A stretch of 64,000 nt of DNA from Gammaproteobacteria bacterium (GCA_963422205.2 CAXMWX010000005.1:544001-608000); one strand, 5' to 3'. Shown: positions 18,960 through 28,751, numbered from the stretch's first letter. Translations and numbers: made by a program. Notes: generated by a model not told the origin, from the sequence alone.

Positions 18960-19964
18960 ATGCGTGATGATAAGGCACAGCAACGCGCACCGCGAAATCG
19001 TACTATCAGCTTGGGCGAAGCGGAGCAAGCAAATCATACAAAGAAACTCATCAAAATCACCCGGCCGGTTTGTATTGATGAGATACTGAACAAGACCATA
19101 CAGCAGGATGTCTTTGATGTACTGGATCATTTGCCGGACGCATTTATCGATCTCGTGTTCGTTGACCCGCCGTACAATTTCAACAAGACATTCAATCTCA
19201 CAACGTTCCGGGAAATGGATACTGAAAAATACCAGTGCTGGCTGGATTCCTGGATGAGTAAAATGGTGCGCCTGTTAAAGCCAGATGCATCAATCTATAT
19301 TTGCGGCGATTGGAAATCATCGACGGCTGTTTTTAACATCGCCAGGAAGTATTTCAGGATTCAAAACCGCATCACTTTCGAGAGAGAAAAAGGGCGCGGT
19401 GCAAAAACGAATTGGAAAAACAGCGCCGAGGATATTTGGTTTTGCACCATGTCAAAAAATTACTACTTCAACGTTGAAGCGGTGAAAATGAAAAGAAAGG
19501 TGCTGGCGCCGTATCGTGATAACTCCGGCAGGGCGAAAGACTGGAACGAGGAGAGAAACGGCAAATACCGCTTAACGCATCCGTCCAACATCTGGACCGA
19601 CATCACCATTCCGTTTTGGTCCATGCCCGAAAACACCGACCACCCAACGCAAAAACCGGAAAAACTCGTGGCGAAAATCCTGCTTGCAAGTTCCAGGCCC
19701 GGCGCTGTGATCTTTGATCCATTTCTCGGCTCCGGCACCACATCCGTGGTGGCAAAGAAGCTGGGAAGGCAGTATGTAGGAATAGAAATCGATGAATACT
19801 ATGGCTGTCTTGCCGAGAGGCGACTGGAACTGGCAGAGGCAGATAACAGCATTCAGGGGTATTGCGATGGCGTCTTTTGGGAGCGGAATACGCTTAGCGA
19901 ACAGACTAATGAGACGGGTGAAAATCATCAAGCGAGAGAACCGGAAGACATGCTGGCTGGATAA
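18960..19964 (+). CDS. Orphan amino (N6A/N4C) DNA methyltransferase, beta class
   Basis: Catalytic DPPYN precedes HPTQKPE and the SAM-binding DPFLGSGTT. No nuclease gene adjacent. Start at 18948 or 18960. Confidence 0.92.
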   Translation: MRDDKAQQRAPRNRTISLGEAEQANHTKKLIKITRPVCIDEILNKTIQQDVFDVLDHLPDAFIDLVFVDPPYNFNKTFNLTTFREMDTEKYQCWLDSWMSKMVRLLKPDASIYICGDWKSSTAVFNIARKYFRIQNRITFEREKGRGAKTNWKNSAEDIWFCTMSKNYYFNVEAVKMKRKVLAPYRDNSGRAKDWNEERNGKYRLTHPSNIWTDITIPFWSMPENTDHPTQKPEKLVAKILLASSRPGAVIFDPFLGSGTTSVVAKKLGRQYVGIEIDEYYGCLAERRLELAEADNSIQGYCDGVFWERNTLSEQTNETGENHQAREPEDMLAG

Positions 19965-19968
19965 AGCA

Positions 19969-20853
19969 TTACCCGGCCAGCTTGTCCTGTGTCCTGGTAT
20001 CAAAATCACTGGCCGCATGACGCTCATGCAACTGCTCTTTTGGCTCTCCCCAGGTGCGGTTTACCATGCGCCCTCGCTGCACCGCCGGGCGCTGCAAGAT
20101 GTCTTCCGCCCATCGGCACAGGTGTTGGTATGAGGCGGTCTGCAAAAATTCGGCAGCGTCATAGAGCACATTAAACGTCAGATTGCCATACCAGGGCCAG
20201 ATAGCCATATCCGCAATACTGTACTCATCAGCGCACAGGTAGCGATGCTCGGCCAGGTGCCGGTCAAGCACATCCATCTGCCGTTTCACTTCCATGGTAA
20301 AGCGGTTAATACTGTATTCCATCCTGGTCGGCGCATAACGATAAAAATGCCCAAAGCCGCCGCCAAGATAAGGCGCACTGCCTATCTGCCAGAATAACCA
20401 CGACAGACAGGCCGCACGGGCGGATGGATCAGCAGGGATAAACCGGCCAGACTTCTCCGCCAGGTAGAGCAGGATGGCCCCGGACTCAAACACCTTGACG
20501 GGCGGGGTGGTGCTGCAATCCAGCAGGGCGGGGATCTTCGAATTCGGGTTCAGCTCAACAAAGCCGCTGCCGAACTGCTCACCCTCATCAATCCGAATCA
20601 GGTGTGCATCATATTCTGCTTCGCCAACACCCAGGGCGAGCAGCTCCTCCAGCATGATCGTCACCTTCACACCATTCGGCGTAGCAAGCGAGTACAGTTG
20701 CAACGGATGCTTGCCAATGGGCAACGCGTTATCATGAGTCGCCCCGGCAAACGGCCGGTTAATTTTAGCAAACCTGCCGCCGCTCTGCTCATCCCAAGTC
20801 CAGATGTCAGGCGGGGTATAAGCGGGGGCTTGTTGTTCTGGGTTATGGCTCAT
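19969..20853 (-). CDS. yghU: Glutathione-dependent disulfide-bond oxidoreductase (Nu-class GST)
   Basis: YTPP..W.W....GG.FA.INRP.AGA, LYSLATPNGVKV, NPNSKIPAL, PYLGGGFGHFY, PAVQRGRMVN, LHERH.ASDF. Confidence 0.95.
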   Translation of the reverse strand: MSHNPEQQAPAYTPPDIWTWDEQSGGRFAKINRPFAGATHDNALPIGKHPLQLYSLATPNGVKVTIMLEELLALGVGEAEYDAHLIRIDEGEQFGSGFVELNPNSKIPALLDCSTTPPVKVFESGAILLYLAEKSGRFIPADPSARAACLSWLFWQIGSAPYLGGGFGHFYRYAPTRMEYSINRFTMEVKRQMDVLDRHLAEHRYLCADEYSIADMAIWPWYGNLTFNVLYDAAEFLQTASYQHLCRWAEDILQRPAVQRGRMVNRTWGEPKEQLHERHAASDFDTRTQDKLAG

Positions 20854-20877
20854 GGGTTATGGGTTATGGGTTATGGG
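20852..20877. repeat. Heptamer tandem repeat (ATGGGTT)x3 plus a partial copy, abutting the yghU start codon
   Basis: catgggttatgggttatgggttatgggg. A further gggttatgg lies in the first codons (20840-20848). Confidence 0.8.
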
Positions 20878-20931
20878 GCTTGATCTCTCATAAGATGGGG
20901 CATGTTGGCATCCGTTCCGCCCTGTGCGTTT

Positions 20932-21576
20932 TTAGTCTGCTCGTTTCAGGTCGGCCAGTTGCCCCATGCAGACCCGGGCAAGGCGGGTGATGGCCTCCCA
21001 ATCCTCATTCTCCACCAGTGTCGGCGTCACCATCCAGGAGCCGCCAACGCAAAACACGTTTGGCATGGTGATAAAAGTACCCAGATTGTTTGTATTGATG
21101 CCACCGGTGGGGCAGAACCTGACCTTGGGGAAGGCGGCCTGAAAGGCGGGCAACAGCGCCACGGCGTTGAGGGGTATGGCCGGAAACAGCTTCAGATGAT
21201 GCCAGCCATAATCCATACATGACATGATCCCGGAAGCGGAACTGACGCCGGGCAAAAAAGCCGTGTTTTTGGTCGCCGCCATCGCTAACAGCTTATCGGT
21301 GACACCCGGTGAGACGATAAAGTCCACGCCCAGATCAACCACCTCAGCCAGCAGTTCAGGACGGGTCACCGTGCCAGCCCCCACCAGGATATCCAGATCG
21401 GCTTGCTTGACGGCCTTGATGGCATCAAGCGCAGCGGGAGTACGGCAGGTTATCTCGATACAGGAAAGCCCGCTTTGCCGCAGCGCTTCGGCCAGCTTGA
21501 CTGTCGCCGCCACCCGGCTCGCCGTCACCACGGGTAATATGCCAATCTGTTCAAGTTGCTGATATATCTCTGACAT
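20932..21576 (-). CDS. eda: KDPG/KHG aldolase
   Basis: IEITCRT, VGAGTV, FIVSPG, LKLFPA, FCPTGGI, CVGGSW. Confidence 0.93.
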   Translation of the reverse strand: MSEIYQQLEQIGILPVVTASRVAATVKLAEALRQSGLSCIEITCRTPAALDAIKAVKQADLDILVGAGTVTRPELLAEVVDLGVDFIVSPGVTDKLLAMAATKNTAFLPGVSSASGIMSCMDYGWHHLKLFPAIPLNAVALLPAFQAAFPKVRFCPTGGINTNNLGTFITMPNVFCVGGSWMVTPTLVENEDWEAITRLARVCMGQLADLKRAD

Positions 21577-21730
21577 GATGTTGCCTGGTCTGTCCCTCTG
21601 GCTTACTTATAAAACCGCTGATGCCTTGTGATCGTCTTGCGCCTGGCTGAAATCATTTCACATTATGCCAGAAAAATCGACCACCACCCATGACAGGAAA
21701 GCAGGACATAACACAAACCGCTCAGGCTGC

Positions 21731-23056
21731 TTATCCATGCACTCGCTCGCCCAGCAGATGGGTTTCCCGGATCACCCGATCATCACCTAACATCATCAGG
21801 ACAAACAATTTCTCTTCCAGATGCTCTGGCAGATGCTCTACCATATTCATGCGCCTCTCCAGCAGGGGCGTGGCGGCAGGCTCGATGATGATAAAATCTG
21901 CCTCTTTGCCGGCGGCAAAATTACCCACATGCTGATCAATATATAAAGCGCGGGCACCGCCCAGGGTGGCCAGATAAAAAGCCCGCAATGATGACAAGGA
22001 CTGGCCGGACATCCGCATGACCTTGTATGCCTCATGCAGGGTCTGCAACATGCCAAAACTGCTGCCGCCACCCACATCAGTCGCCATGCCGACACGCATA
22101 CCGGCATCATCGGCGGCCTGCATATCAAACAAACCACTGCCCAGGAATAAATTCGAGGTCGGACAAAATGCCGCGGCGGCGCCACAGGCGGCCATGCGCC
22201 GTCGGTCGGCGGCATCCAGATAAATACAGTGCGCCAGCACCGAGCGCTCTCGCAACAAGCCGAAGGCATCGTACACATCCAGATAACTTCGGCTGTGCGG
22301 AAACAACGCGGCAACCCACTTGACCTCCTCCCGATTTTCTGCCACGTGGGTGTGCATGAACACATCATCATATTCATCCAGCAAACGGCCGGCCAGCTTT
22401 AGCTGTGCGCTGGTTGAGGTAGGCGCAAAACGCGGAGTGACCGCATATAAAAAACGATCTTTTTTATGCCAGGTCTCGATCAATGCCCTGACATCGGCAT
22501 AACCTGATTGTACGCTATCCTGAAAATCATCCGGGCAGTTCCTGTCCATCATCACCTTGCCGGCGGCAAGGCGCATACGATAACGCCGGGCAGCGGTAAA
22601 AACCGCATCAATGCTTTGCTTGTGTACACTGCCCAGCACCAGCGCCGAGGTGGTGCCATTGCGAAACAACTCCTGTAGAAAAAAGTCCGCCACCTCACAG
22701 GCATAGGCATAATCGGCAAAACGTCTCTCGGCAGGAAAGGTATATCGCTGCAACCAGTCGAGCAATTCCCCGGCGGGCGAGGCAATGATATCCGCTTGCA
22801 CATAATGTATATGGCAGTCGATAAACCCCGGCATGATCAGACAGCCGGAATAATCCTGTACCTTAACCCCCTCAAGGCCAGGCAACAATTCCTGATAAGG
22901 CCCAACGCTGATGACATGACCGGCATCCAGAAGCAACAGCCCATCGGCAAAATATTCATAGGCCAGGTGCGAGTCGGTTGTGGCAGGATCATCGAGGAAG
23001 TGTAGAATGCTGGCACGCAGGGCCTTTGTCTCTGCATTTTTTGCAGCTATGATCAT
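21731..23056 (-). CDS. guaD: Guanine deaminase
   Basis: PGFIDCHIHY.Q, LLDWL..YTFP.E, YAVTPRFAPTST, THVAEN, FCPTSNLFLGSG, TDVGGG, GDDR. Start at MIIAAK with an AAGGAG SD. Confidence 0.96.
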   Translation of the reverse strand: MIIAAKNAETKALRASILHFLDDPATTDSHLAYEYFADGLLLLDAGHVISVGPYQELLPGLEGVKVQDYSGCLIMPGFIDCHIHYVQADIIASPAGELLDWLQRYTFPAERRFADYAYACEVADFFLQELFRNGTTSALVLGSVHKQSIDAVFTAARRYRMRLAAGKVMMDRNCPDDFQDSVQSGYADVRALIETWHKKDRFLYAVTPRFAPTSTSAQLKLAGRLLDEYDDVFMHTHVAENREEVKWVAALFPHSRSYLDVYDAFGLLRERSVLAHCIYLDAADRRRMAACGAAAAFCPTSNLFLGSGLFDMQAADDAGMRVGMATDVGGGSSFGMLQTLHEAYKVMRMSGQSLSSLRAFYLATLGGARALYIDQHVGNFAAGKEADFIIIEPAATPLLERRMNMVEHLPEHLEEKLFVLMMLGDDRVIRETHLLGERVHG

Positions 23057-23255
23057 GCAGCAGGACTCCTTGACATGGACTAAACGACAGGCTGTTATGC
23101 AAACGCCAGCGGCTGATGCCGCTGCTGGCAAGTGCAAACGCCTAGCGTAAAAGTATGCCTGATTTTCACAGAAAAAACAGGATGACTGGCCACCGGCAAG
23201 ACATTATCATCGGCGCAAAAACGATCTGCACCCAAGACCCCCGGAGTGCATCATC

Positions 23256-23819
23256 ATGGTTGAAAAAGTCTATCTCAGTGCCAATGAATTATTGGCTGAT
23301 TCCTTTACCATGGCCGCAGAGATATATGCCAGCGGCTTCCGCCCGGACTTTATCATCGGCATCTGGCGCGGCGGTACCCCGGTGGGAATCGCCGTCCAGG
23401 AATACCTGCAATACAAAGGCGTAAAAACCGATCACATCGCCATCCGCACCTCCTCGTATACCGGTATCAACCAGCCGTCAAAAACCATCCGTGTACACGG
23501 CCTGCATTACATCATCGAGAACGTCAATGCGGACGACTCACTGCTGATCGTTGACGATGTGTTTGATTCCGGCAGCAGCATCCAGGCGGTGATTGATGAG
23601 TTGTCCCAGAAAACCCGCCGTAATATGCCGGAGGTGCTGAAGATAGCCTGTCCCTGGTATAAGCCTGACAATAACAAAACCGATATCGTGCCGGATTACT
23701 ACCTGCATGAAACCGCGGCCTGGCTGGTGTTTCCACATGAGTTGATCGGCTTGCGTATTGAGGAGATCCGCCAGGGCAAGCCGGAGATGGCGGAGGTGTT
23801 GGCATCCCTTAAAGACTGA
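23256..23819 (+). CDS. Purine (hypoxanthine/xanthine-guanine) phosphoribosyltransferase family protein
   Basis: GIWRGG, PRPP-binding LLIVDDVFDSGSS, WLVFPHE. Purine-salvage context. Confidence 0.88.
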   Translation: MVEKVYLSANELLADSFTMAAEIYASGFRPDFIIGIWRGGTPVGIAVQEYLQYKGVKTDHIAIRTSSYTGINQPSKTIRVHGLHYIIENVNADDSLLIVDDVFDSGSSIQAVIDELSQKTRRNMPEVLKIACPWYKPDNNKTDIVPDYYLHETAAWLVFPHELIGLRIEEIRQGKPEMAEVLASLKD

Positions 23820-23932
23820 ACACCAGGCGGCCTGATACCAACACGCTGGCTTGCGATCTGATCTGTGCCGAGATCAGGATTGCGACAGCACCCATCACCA
23901 CCGGCGATAAAAGCAGGCCCTTGCCCTAAATC

Positions 23933-24988
23933 TCATGCCGCAAACACGGCCGACAAGTTCTGTGCAAAAGGCGGGGAGATGATGCCTTTCTCCGTGATGA
24001 TGGCGGTAATGTACTTCGCCGGTGTCACGTCAAATGCAGGATTACCTGCCAGCGTTCCTTCCGGGGCAATCTGCTCATTGCCGATGCGGATCACCTCCTC
24101 CGGGTCGCGCTGTTCGATCTCAATCCCGCCTCCGTCCGCGGTCGAGATATCGATCGTGGACGTGGGGGCGGCGATGTAAAACGGCACGGCATGGGCGTAT
24201 GCCACCAGCGCCAGGTTATAAGTGCCGATTTTATTCGCCGTATCGCCATTGGCAGCAATACGATCACAACCCACCACACAAAAATCCACCCCGCCCCGCT
24301 GCATGTAAAAACCCGAAGCCCCATCCACGATCAGCGTGTGCGGAATCCCCAGTTGTGCCAACTCCCAGCAGGTCAGGCGCGCACCTTGCAGGCGCGGGCG
24401 GGTCTCATCCACCAGCACGGCAATATTCCGGCCCTGCTCGTGCGCCGTGCGAATCACGCCCAGTGCCGTACCATACCCCACGGTGGCCAGGCCGCCGGTG
24501 TTGCAATGGTGTATGGCCGTTGCCTGCTGCGGCACCAGCGCCAGCGCCTGTTCGCCGATGCGTTTGTTAATAGCGATATCCTCTCGGGCGATGGTATGGG
24601 CGGCGGTTAATACCTGCTGCCGTAACTCATCGGCACTGTGTACGTTGGCGCTGGCGATGTCTGCCTTAATGCGATCCAGCGCCCAGCACAGGTTCACCGC
24701 CGTCGGCCGGGCGCAGCGCAGCACAGCATCGGCCTTCTGGTAGAGCCGTTGCAGTGCTGCCAGATCATCGCTGCCGTGATGATAAAGCTCCACCGCCAGC
24801 CCATAGGCCGCCGCCGCACCGATGGCCGGTGCGCCCCGAATCACCATGTCCCTGATGGCCGCCGCCACCCCGGCAGCATCGGTATAATCCCAATAGACCT
24901 GCCGGGCCGGGAGCTGCCGTTGATCCAGCAGGCGCACGCTGTTATCGGCCTCACGCCAGGCAATACTGTGATACTCCATCGGCATCAC
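23933..24988 (-). CDS. mtnA: Methylthioribose-1-phosphate isomerase
   Basis: LLDQR.LP, IRGAPAIG, ARPTAVNL, HCNTGGLAT.GYGTALG, ETRPRLQGARL, GDTANKIGTY, NPAFDVTP. Confidence 0.96.
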   Translation of the reverse strand: MMPMEYHSIAWREADNSVRLLDQRQLPARQVYWDYTDAAGVAAAIRDMVIRGAPAIGAAAAYGLAVELYHHGSDDLAALQRLYQKADAVLRCARPTAVNLCWALDRIKADIASANVHSADELRQQVLTAAHTIAREDIAINKRIGEQALALVPQQATAIHHCNTGGLATVGYGTALGVIRTAHEQGRNIAVLVDETRPRLQGARLTCWELAQLGIPHTLIVDGASGFYMQRGGVDFCVVGCDRIAANGDTANKIGTYNLALVAYAHAVPFYIAAPTSTIDISTADGGGIEIEQRDPEEVIRIGNEQIAPEGTLAGNPAFDVTPAKYITAIITEKGIISPPFAQNLSAVFAA

Positions 24989-24997
24989 GCCTCGCCT

Positions 24998-25786
24998 TCA
25001 AAAGGCTTTGCTGGACAGCACACCGCCATCCACCCGCAATTCCGCCCCGGTGATCCAGGCCGCGGCGGTAGAGCTTAAAAACAAACAGGCGTTGGCCACA
25101 TCCTCGGCCCGTCCCAGCCGCTCAAGCGGTGCTGACTTTCTCCAGCCCGCCACCCCTTCCGGCCATTCCGCTTCAATGCCTTGACGCCAGATAAGCCCGG
25201 GCAGCACGGCATTACAGCGAATACCATACCGCCCCAACTCACTGGCAGCACTGCGGGTAAACATATTCACGCCGGCTTTTGCCGCCGTGTAATGGCTGTG
25301 CATCGGCATGACATGCTGGGATTCAATCGATGAGATATTGACGATGGATTTGTGCCGGGCCGCCTTCATGTAGGCAATGACAGACTGGGTACATAAAAAC
25401 GTTGAGCGCATATTGGCGCACATCACAGCATCCCATTCGGCTGTCGTCATATCAACAATCGAAGAGAGGGGATAATGACCGGCATTGTTGATCAACACAT
25501 CAACCGGCTGGTCGGTGGCGATGTCGGCGAACATCTGCTGCACCTCCTGTTTCCTGCCAACATCGGCAGAAATCGTCACCGCCTGCCCGCCGTTGTCTTC
25601 GATCTTCCGTTGCAGTGCCTCGGCCCTCGCCCTGCCGGAGCGGTAATGAATAACCACACGCGCACCCGCCTCAGCAAAACGCTCGGCAATGCCCGCCCCC
25701 ACCACACCGCTTGCACCGGTGATGACCACCGTGCAGCCGGTAAAATCAGTAAACTCTGCCAAGCTGGATGAGGGCATCACATTCAT
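24998..25786 (-). CDS. SDR family oxidoreductase
   Basis: TGASGVVG, LINNAG, NISS, YTAAK, ITGAELRVDGG. 9 bp upstream of mtnA. Start uncertain (25777-25822). Confidence 0.92.
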   Translation of the reverse strand: MNVMPSSSLAEFTDFTGCTVVITGASGVVGAGIAERFAEAGARVVIHYRSGRARAEALQRKIEDNGGQAVTISADVGRKQEVQQMFADIATDQPVDVLINNAGHYPLSSIVDMTTAEWDAVMCANMRSTFLCTQSVIAYMKAARHKSIVNISSIESQHVMPMHSHYTAAKAGVNMFTRSAASELGRYGIRCNAVLPGLIWRQGIEAEWPEGVAGWRKSAPLERLGRAEDVANACLFLSSTAAAWITGAELRVDGGVLSSKAF

Positions 25787-25933
25787 GCCGATAGCATAGC
25801 GCGCTGGCGCTGGCCTTGCCATGACAGATGGCGCAAAATGCCGACAGGAGTAGTTAAGGTGGGCGTGCCTGGGTTATGATCAGGCGGTGTTTCTTAAAAA
25901 CATACCTTAATAAAACCTACCGGAGATATCCTG

Positions 25934-27280
25934 ATGACCGTGGTTCGCCTCGCATTCAAGCACCCTCATCGTAAGCGGTTTTTGCAGGAGAAAACCATCC
26001 AGCGCCTCGTCCTGGATAAGTATGATTGCATTATCACCGAGGGTGAGCATGCAGATGTGCTGATACACGGCCCCAGGCTTACCCTAAAAGAGGGCGCTTT
26101 CCATACCGTGATAGACGATATCAATCTGCAACACACCCCGGCCAGAACCCTGATCTTCTGTGGCGAGAACATTGAAGCCGTGGATATGTTTCCCATGCCC
26201 ATAACGAAGGTGATACGTTTGCTGACGAGGTTGCTGAACCTGCTGCTACCCCCCCCCCCCCCCCCCCCCCCCCCCGAAAGTCATACAAATCGCACAAGCA
26301 TCATCGGGCAAATACCGAAGAGCACGGAGCCAAAGAGCGCGGGGAATGGAACGAGCCCCATGCTGACCGTTAGAATAGCGCTGGCCAGATCACTCGTGTT
26401 TCTCATTCATGCCATCATCAAGGTCTGGCTTAAAGTAGAAAAATCCAACACCATGCGCCGCTTGATCGACAGGAGAAAACTGTATTATCGCAGGCCGGCC
26501 TTAACCCGCTATATTCAGAACCTGCCTGGTGCCAATAACTATGTGGTGGCTACCAATAAAGTGAACGAGACGGACAACATCCTGACCCTGCCGCTCTTCT
26601 TTCGCCCCTGTAGCGGCGACTGGCAGCGGTTTACTGAACCCAAGCCAGGCTTGGAAGAGAAAACGCGCTTCTGTGCCTTTGCGGTATCTGGCCTCGGAGA
26701 TTGCAGCAGGCTGCACTGCCTGCGAAGCCTGCTGTGCGTTGAGTTATCCAAATACAAACCGGTCGACTGTTACGGGCCCTGGCTCAATAACGCCACCGTG
26801 CCGCAGGCGCTGGTAGAGAAACACAGCGAGGGAAAAACAAAACTGGATCATTTTACCGCAGCGGATATCATGCAGGCATGCAATAAGGCTTACCATCCTG
26901 ATTGTGGCGGGGTGGATCGCGATGCCTTGAATCAGGACGTGTTCAGGGACTACAAATTCGTGATTTGTTTTGAGAACAGCATCGCCGAGGATTACATCAC
27001 CGAGGAACTGCCCAATGTCATGCTGGGCGGCAGCATCGGTATTCATTACGGGGCGCCCAATGTGGGGGAGTATTTCAACCCCAAATCGTTTATCAATTAT
27101 GCGGACTACGATGATTACCAGGCGGTCATTGACAGGATCATCGCCCTGGACAAAGACGATGAGCAATACATGCACATGCTAAGCGAGCCTTATTTCCCGG
27201 ACAATCGGGTGCCGGAGATCATCATCGAAAAAGAAAAGGCGCTGTGCCGGTTTCTGGACAGGATTTTTCTTGGCCGATGA
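25934..27280 (+). CDS. Glycosyltransferase family 10 (alpha-1,3/4-fucosyltransferase-like) with an internal poly-C tract
   Basis: KTRFCAFAVS, YKPVDCYG.W.NN, the GT10 signature YKFVICFENS..EDYITE(E)L, YGAPNV.EYFNPKSFIN, ALDKDDEQY..ML.EP.F. Confidence 0.88.
   Translation: MTVVRLAFKHPHRKRFLQEKTIQRLVLDKYDCIITEGEHADVLIHGPRLTLKEGAFHTVIDDINLQHTPARTLIFCGENIEAVDMFPMPITKVIRLLTRLLNLLLPPPPPPPPPESHTNRTSIIGQIPKSTEPKSAGNGTSPMLTVRIALARSLVFLIHAIIKVWLKVEKSNTMRRLIDRRKLYYRRPALTRYIQNLPGANNYVVATNKVNETDNILTLPLFFRPCSGDWQRFTEPKPGLEEKTRFCAFAVSGLGDCSRLHCLRSLLCVELSKYKPVDCYGPWLNNATVPQALVEKHSEGKTKLDHFTAADIMQACNKAYHPDCGGVDRDALNQDVFRDYKFVICFENSIAEDYITEELPNVMLGGSIGIHYGAPNVGEYFNPKSFINYADYDDYQAVIDRIIALDKDDEQYMHMLSEPYFPDNRVPEIIIEKEKALCRFLDRIFLGR
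26249..26275 (+). repeat. Poly-C homopolymer, 27 nt (9 Pro codons, currently in frame)
   Basis: Counted directly: CTA-(C)27-GAA inside the GT10 ORF. Confidence 0.95.
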
Positions 27281-27311
27281 TAAGGCGGGCGTGAAGGCGA
27301 ACATTAAGATC

Positions 27312-28739
27312 ATGGCCATTATCTCCACAGATCATATCGCAGCTTTTTGGGCGGGATGCCTGGCCGTGCTGATAGCCGGCGGCCTGTGCGCTACGGCGAG
27401 CAATGCAGCAGAGGTTGATCTCATCATCAGTGCAGATCACATCGTCACCATGGATGAGAGAAATACCGTCATCAAAAACGGCGCACTGGCGATCAACGAT
27501 GGCAGCATCATCGCCATCGATCACCGTGACAGAATTCGCCAGCAATATCAGGCACGCCAGACTTTAAGCGGTCATCATCGTCTGCTCATGCCCGGCCTCA
27601 TCAACGGACATACCCATGCCGCCATGACCCTGTTTCGTGGTCTGGCCGATGATCTCGCCCTGATGGACTGGCTCAATAATTACATCTTTCCGGCGGAGAT
27701 CCGCTTTGTCGATGAGACCTTCGTGCGTATCGGCACCCAGTTAGCCTGTCTGGAGATGATCAAAGGCGGGACGACCACCTTCGTGGATATGTACTTCCAC
27801 CCACGGGAGATCGCCCGGGTCGTGGCGGCATGCGGTATGCGGGCGATTATCGGGGCGGCCGTGATTGAACAGCCCAGCGGCTACACCAAAGACTTTGCCG
27901 ATGCCATGCTAAAAGCCGAGCGTTTTATCGCCGAATGGCAAGGGAAAAACAGCCGCATCACACCGGCCTTCGCCGCCCATGCCGCTTATACCATCGGCCC
28001 GGAGAACCTGAAGCTCGTTCGCCAAGCAGCCAATGCCGCCGCCGTGCCGGTGCTCATCCACCTGGCCGAATCCCGAACCGAGCTTGAGATCATCGATCAG
28101 CGCTATAACAACACGCCGGTTAAGCACCTGGCCGCCATGGACTTCTTCAGCGGCCCGACGATAGCAGCGCATGTCGTCTGGCCAACCGATGCAGAACTGC
28201 CCATTCTGGCGCGATACCAGGTGGCGGCAATCCACAACCCCACTTCCAACATGAAAACCGCCTCCGGATTCGCCCCGGTGCCGAAACTGCTTCAGCAGGG
28301 CGTGCCGGTCGGCCTTGGCACCGATGGGGCGGCCTCCAATAATGATCTGGATATGTGGGAGGAGATTCGGCTGGCGGCGCTGCTGCACAAGGGGAAGTTA
28401 CTGAACCCGCAAATCCTGCCGGCCATGACTGTGCTGGAGATGGCCACCCGCCGGGGCGCCGAGGCGGTGGGCCTGGGGGAGATCACCGGCAGCCTGGCCG
28501 TGGGCAGGCGTGCCGATGTGATCCAAATCTCGCTTGAAGCGGCTCACCTGGTGCCGGTGTACGATGTGGTCTCGCATCTTGTCTACGCCGTTGATGCCCA
28601 GGATGTGCAGACCGTCATCATTGATGGCAAGGTGGTGATGCGTGATCGCAAGATCCTCACACTGAACGAAGCGGCTGTGATCGATGCTGCCCGCACCATC
28701 GCAACGCAAATCAACCAGGCCATGCGGGCAACGCCATAA
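27312..28739 (+). CDS. Amidohydrolase, MTA/SAH deaminase (MtaD/TRZ-ATZ) family, with a predicted signal peptide
   Basis: PGLINGHTHAAM.LFRG.ADDL, GGTTTFVDMY, IHLAES, HNPTSNMK.ASG, GTDGAASNN.LDM. Hydrophobic N-terminus ending ASNA-AE. Confidence 0.88.
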   Translation: MAIISTDHIAAFWAGCLAVLIAGGLCATASNAAEVDLIISADHIVTMDERNTVIKNGALAINDGSIIAIDHRDRIRQQYQARQTLSGHHRLLMPGLINGHTHAAMTLFRGLADDLALMDWLNNYIFPAEIRFVDETFVRIGTQLACLEMIKGGTTTFVDMYFHPREIARVVAACGMRAIIGAAVIEQPSGYTKDFADAMLKAERFIAEWQGKNSRITPAFAAHAAYTIGPENLKLVRQAANAAAVPVLIHLAESRTELEIIDQRYNNTPVKHLAAMDFFSGPTIAAHVVWPTDAELPILARYQVAAIHNPTSNMKTASGFAPVPKLLQQGVPVGLGTDGAASNNDLDMWEEIRLAALLHKGKLLNPQILPAMTVLEMATRRGAEAVGLGEITGSLAVGRRADVIQISLEAAHLVPVYDVVSHLVYAVDAQDVQTVIIDGKVVMRDRKILTLNEAAVIDAARTIATQINQAMRATP

Positions 28740-28751
28740 TGCCTTATCTCC

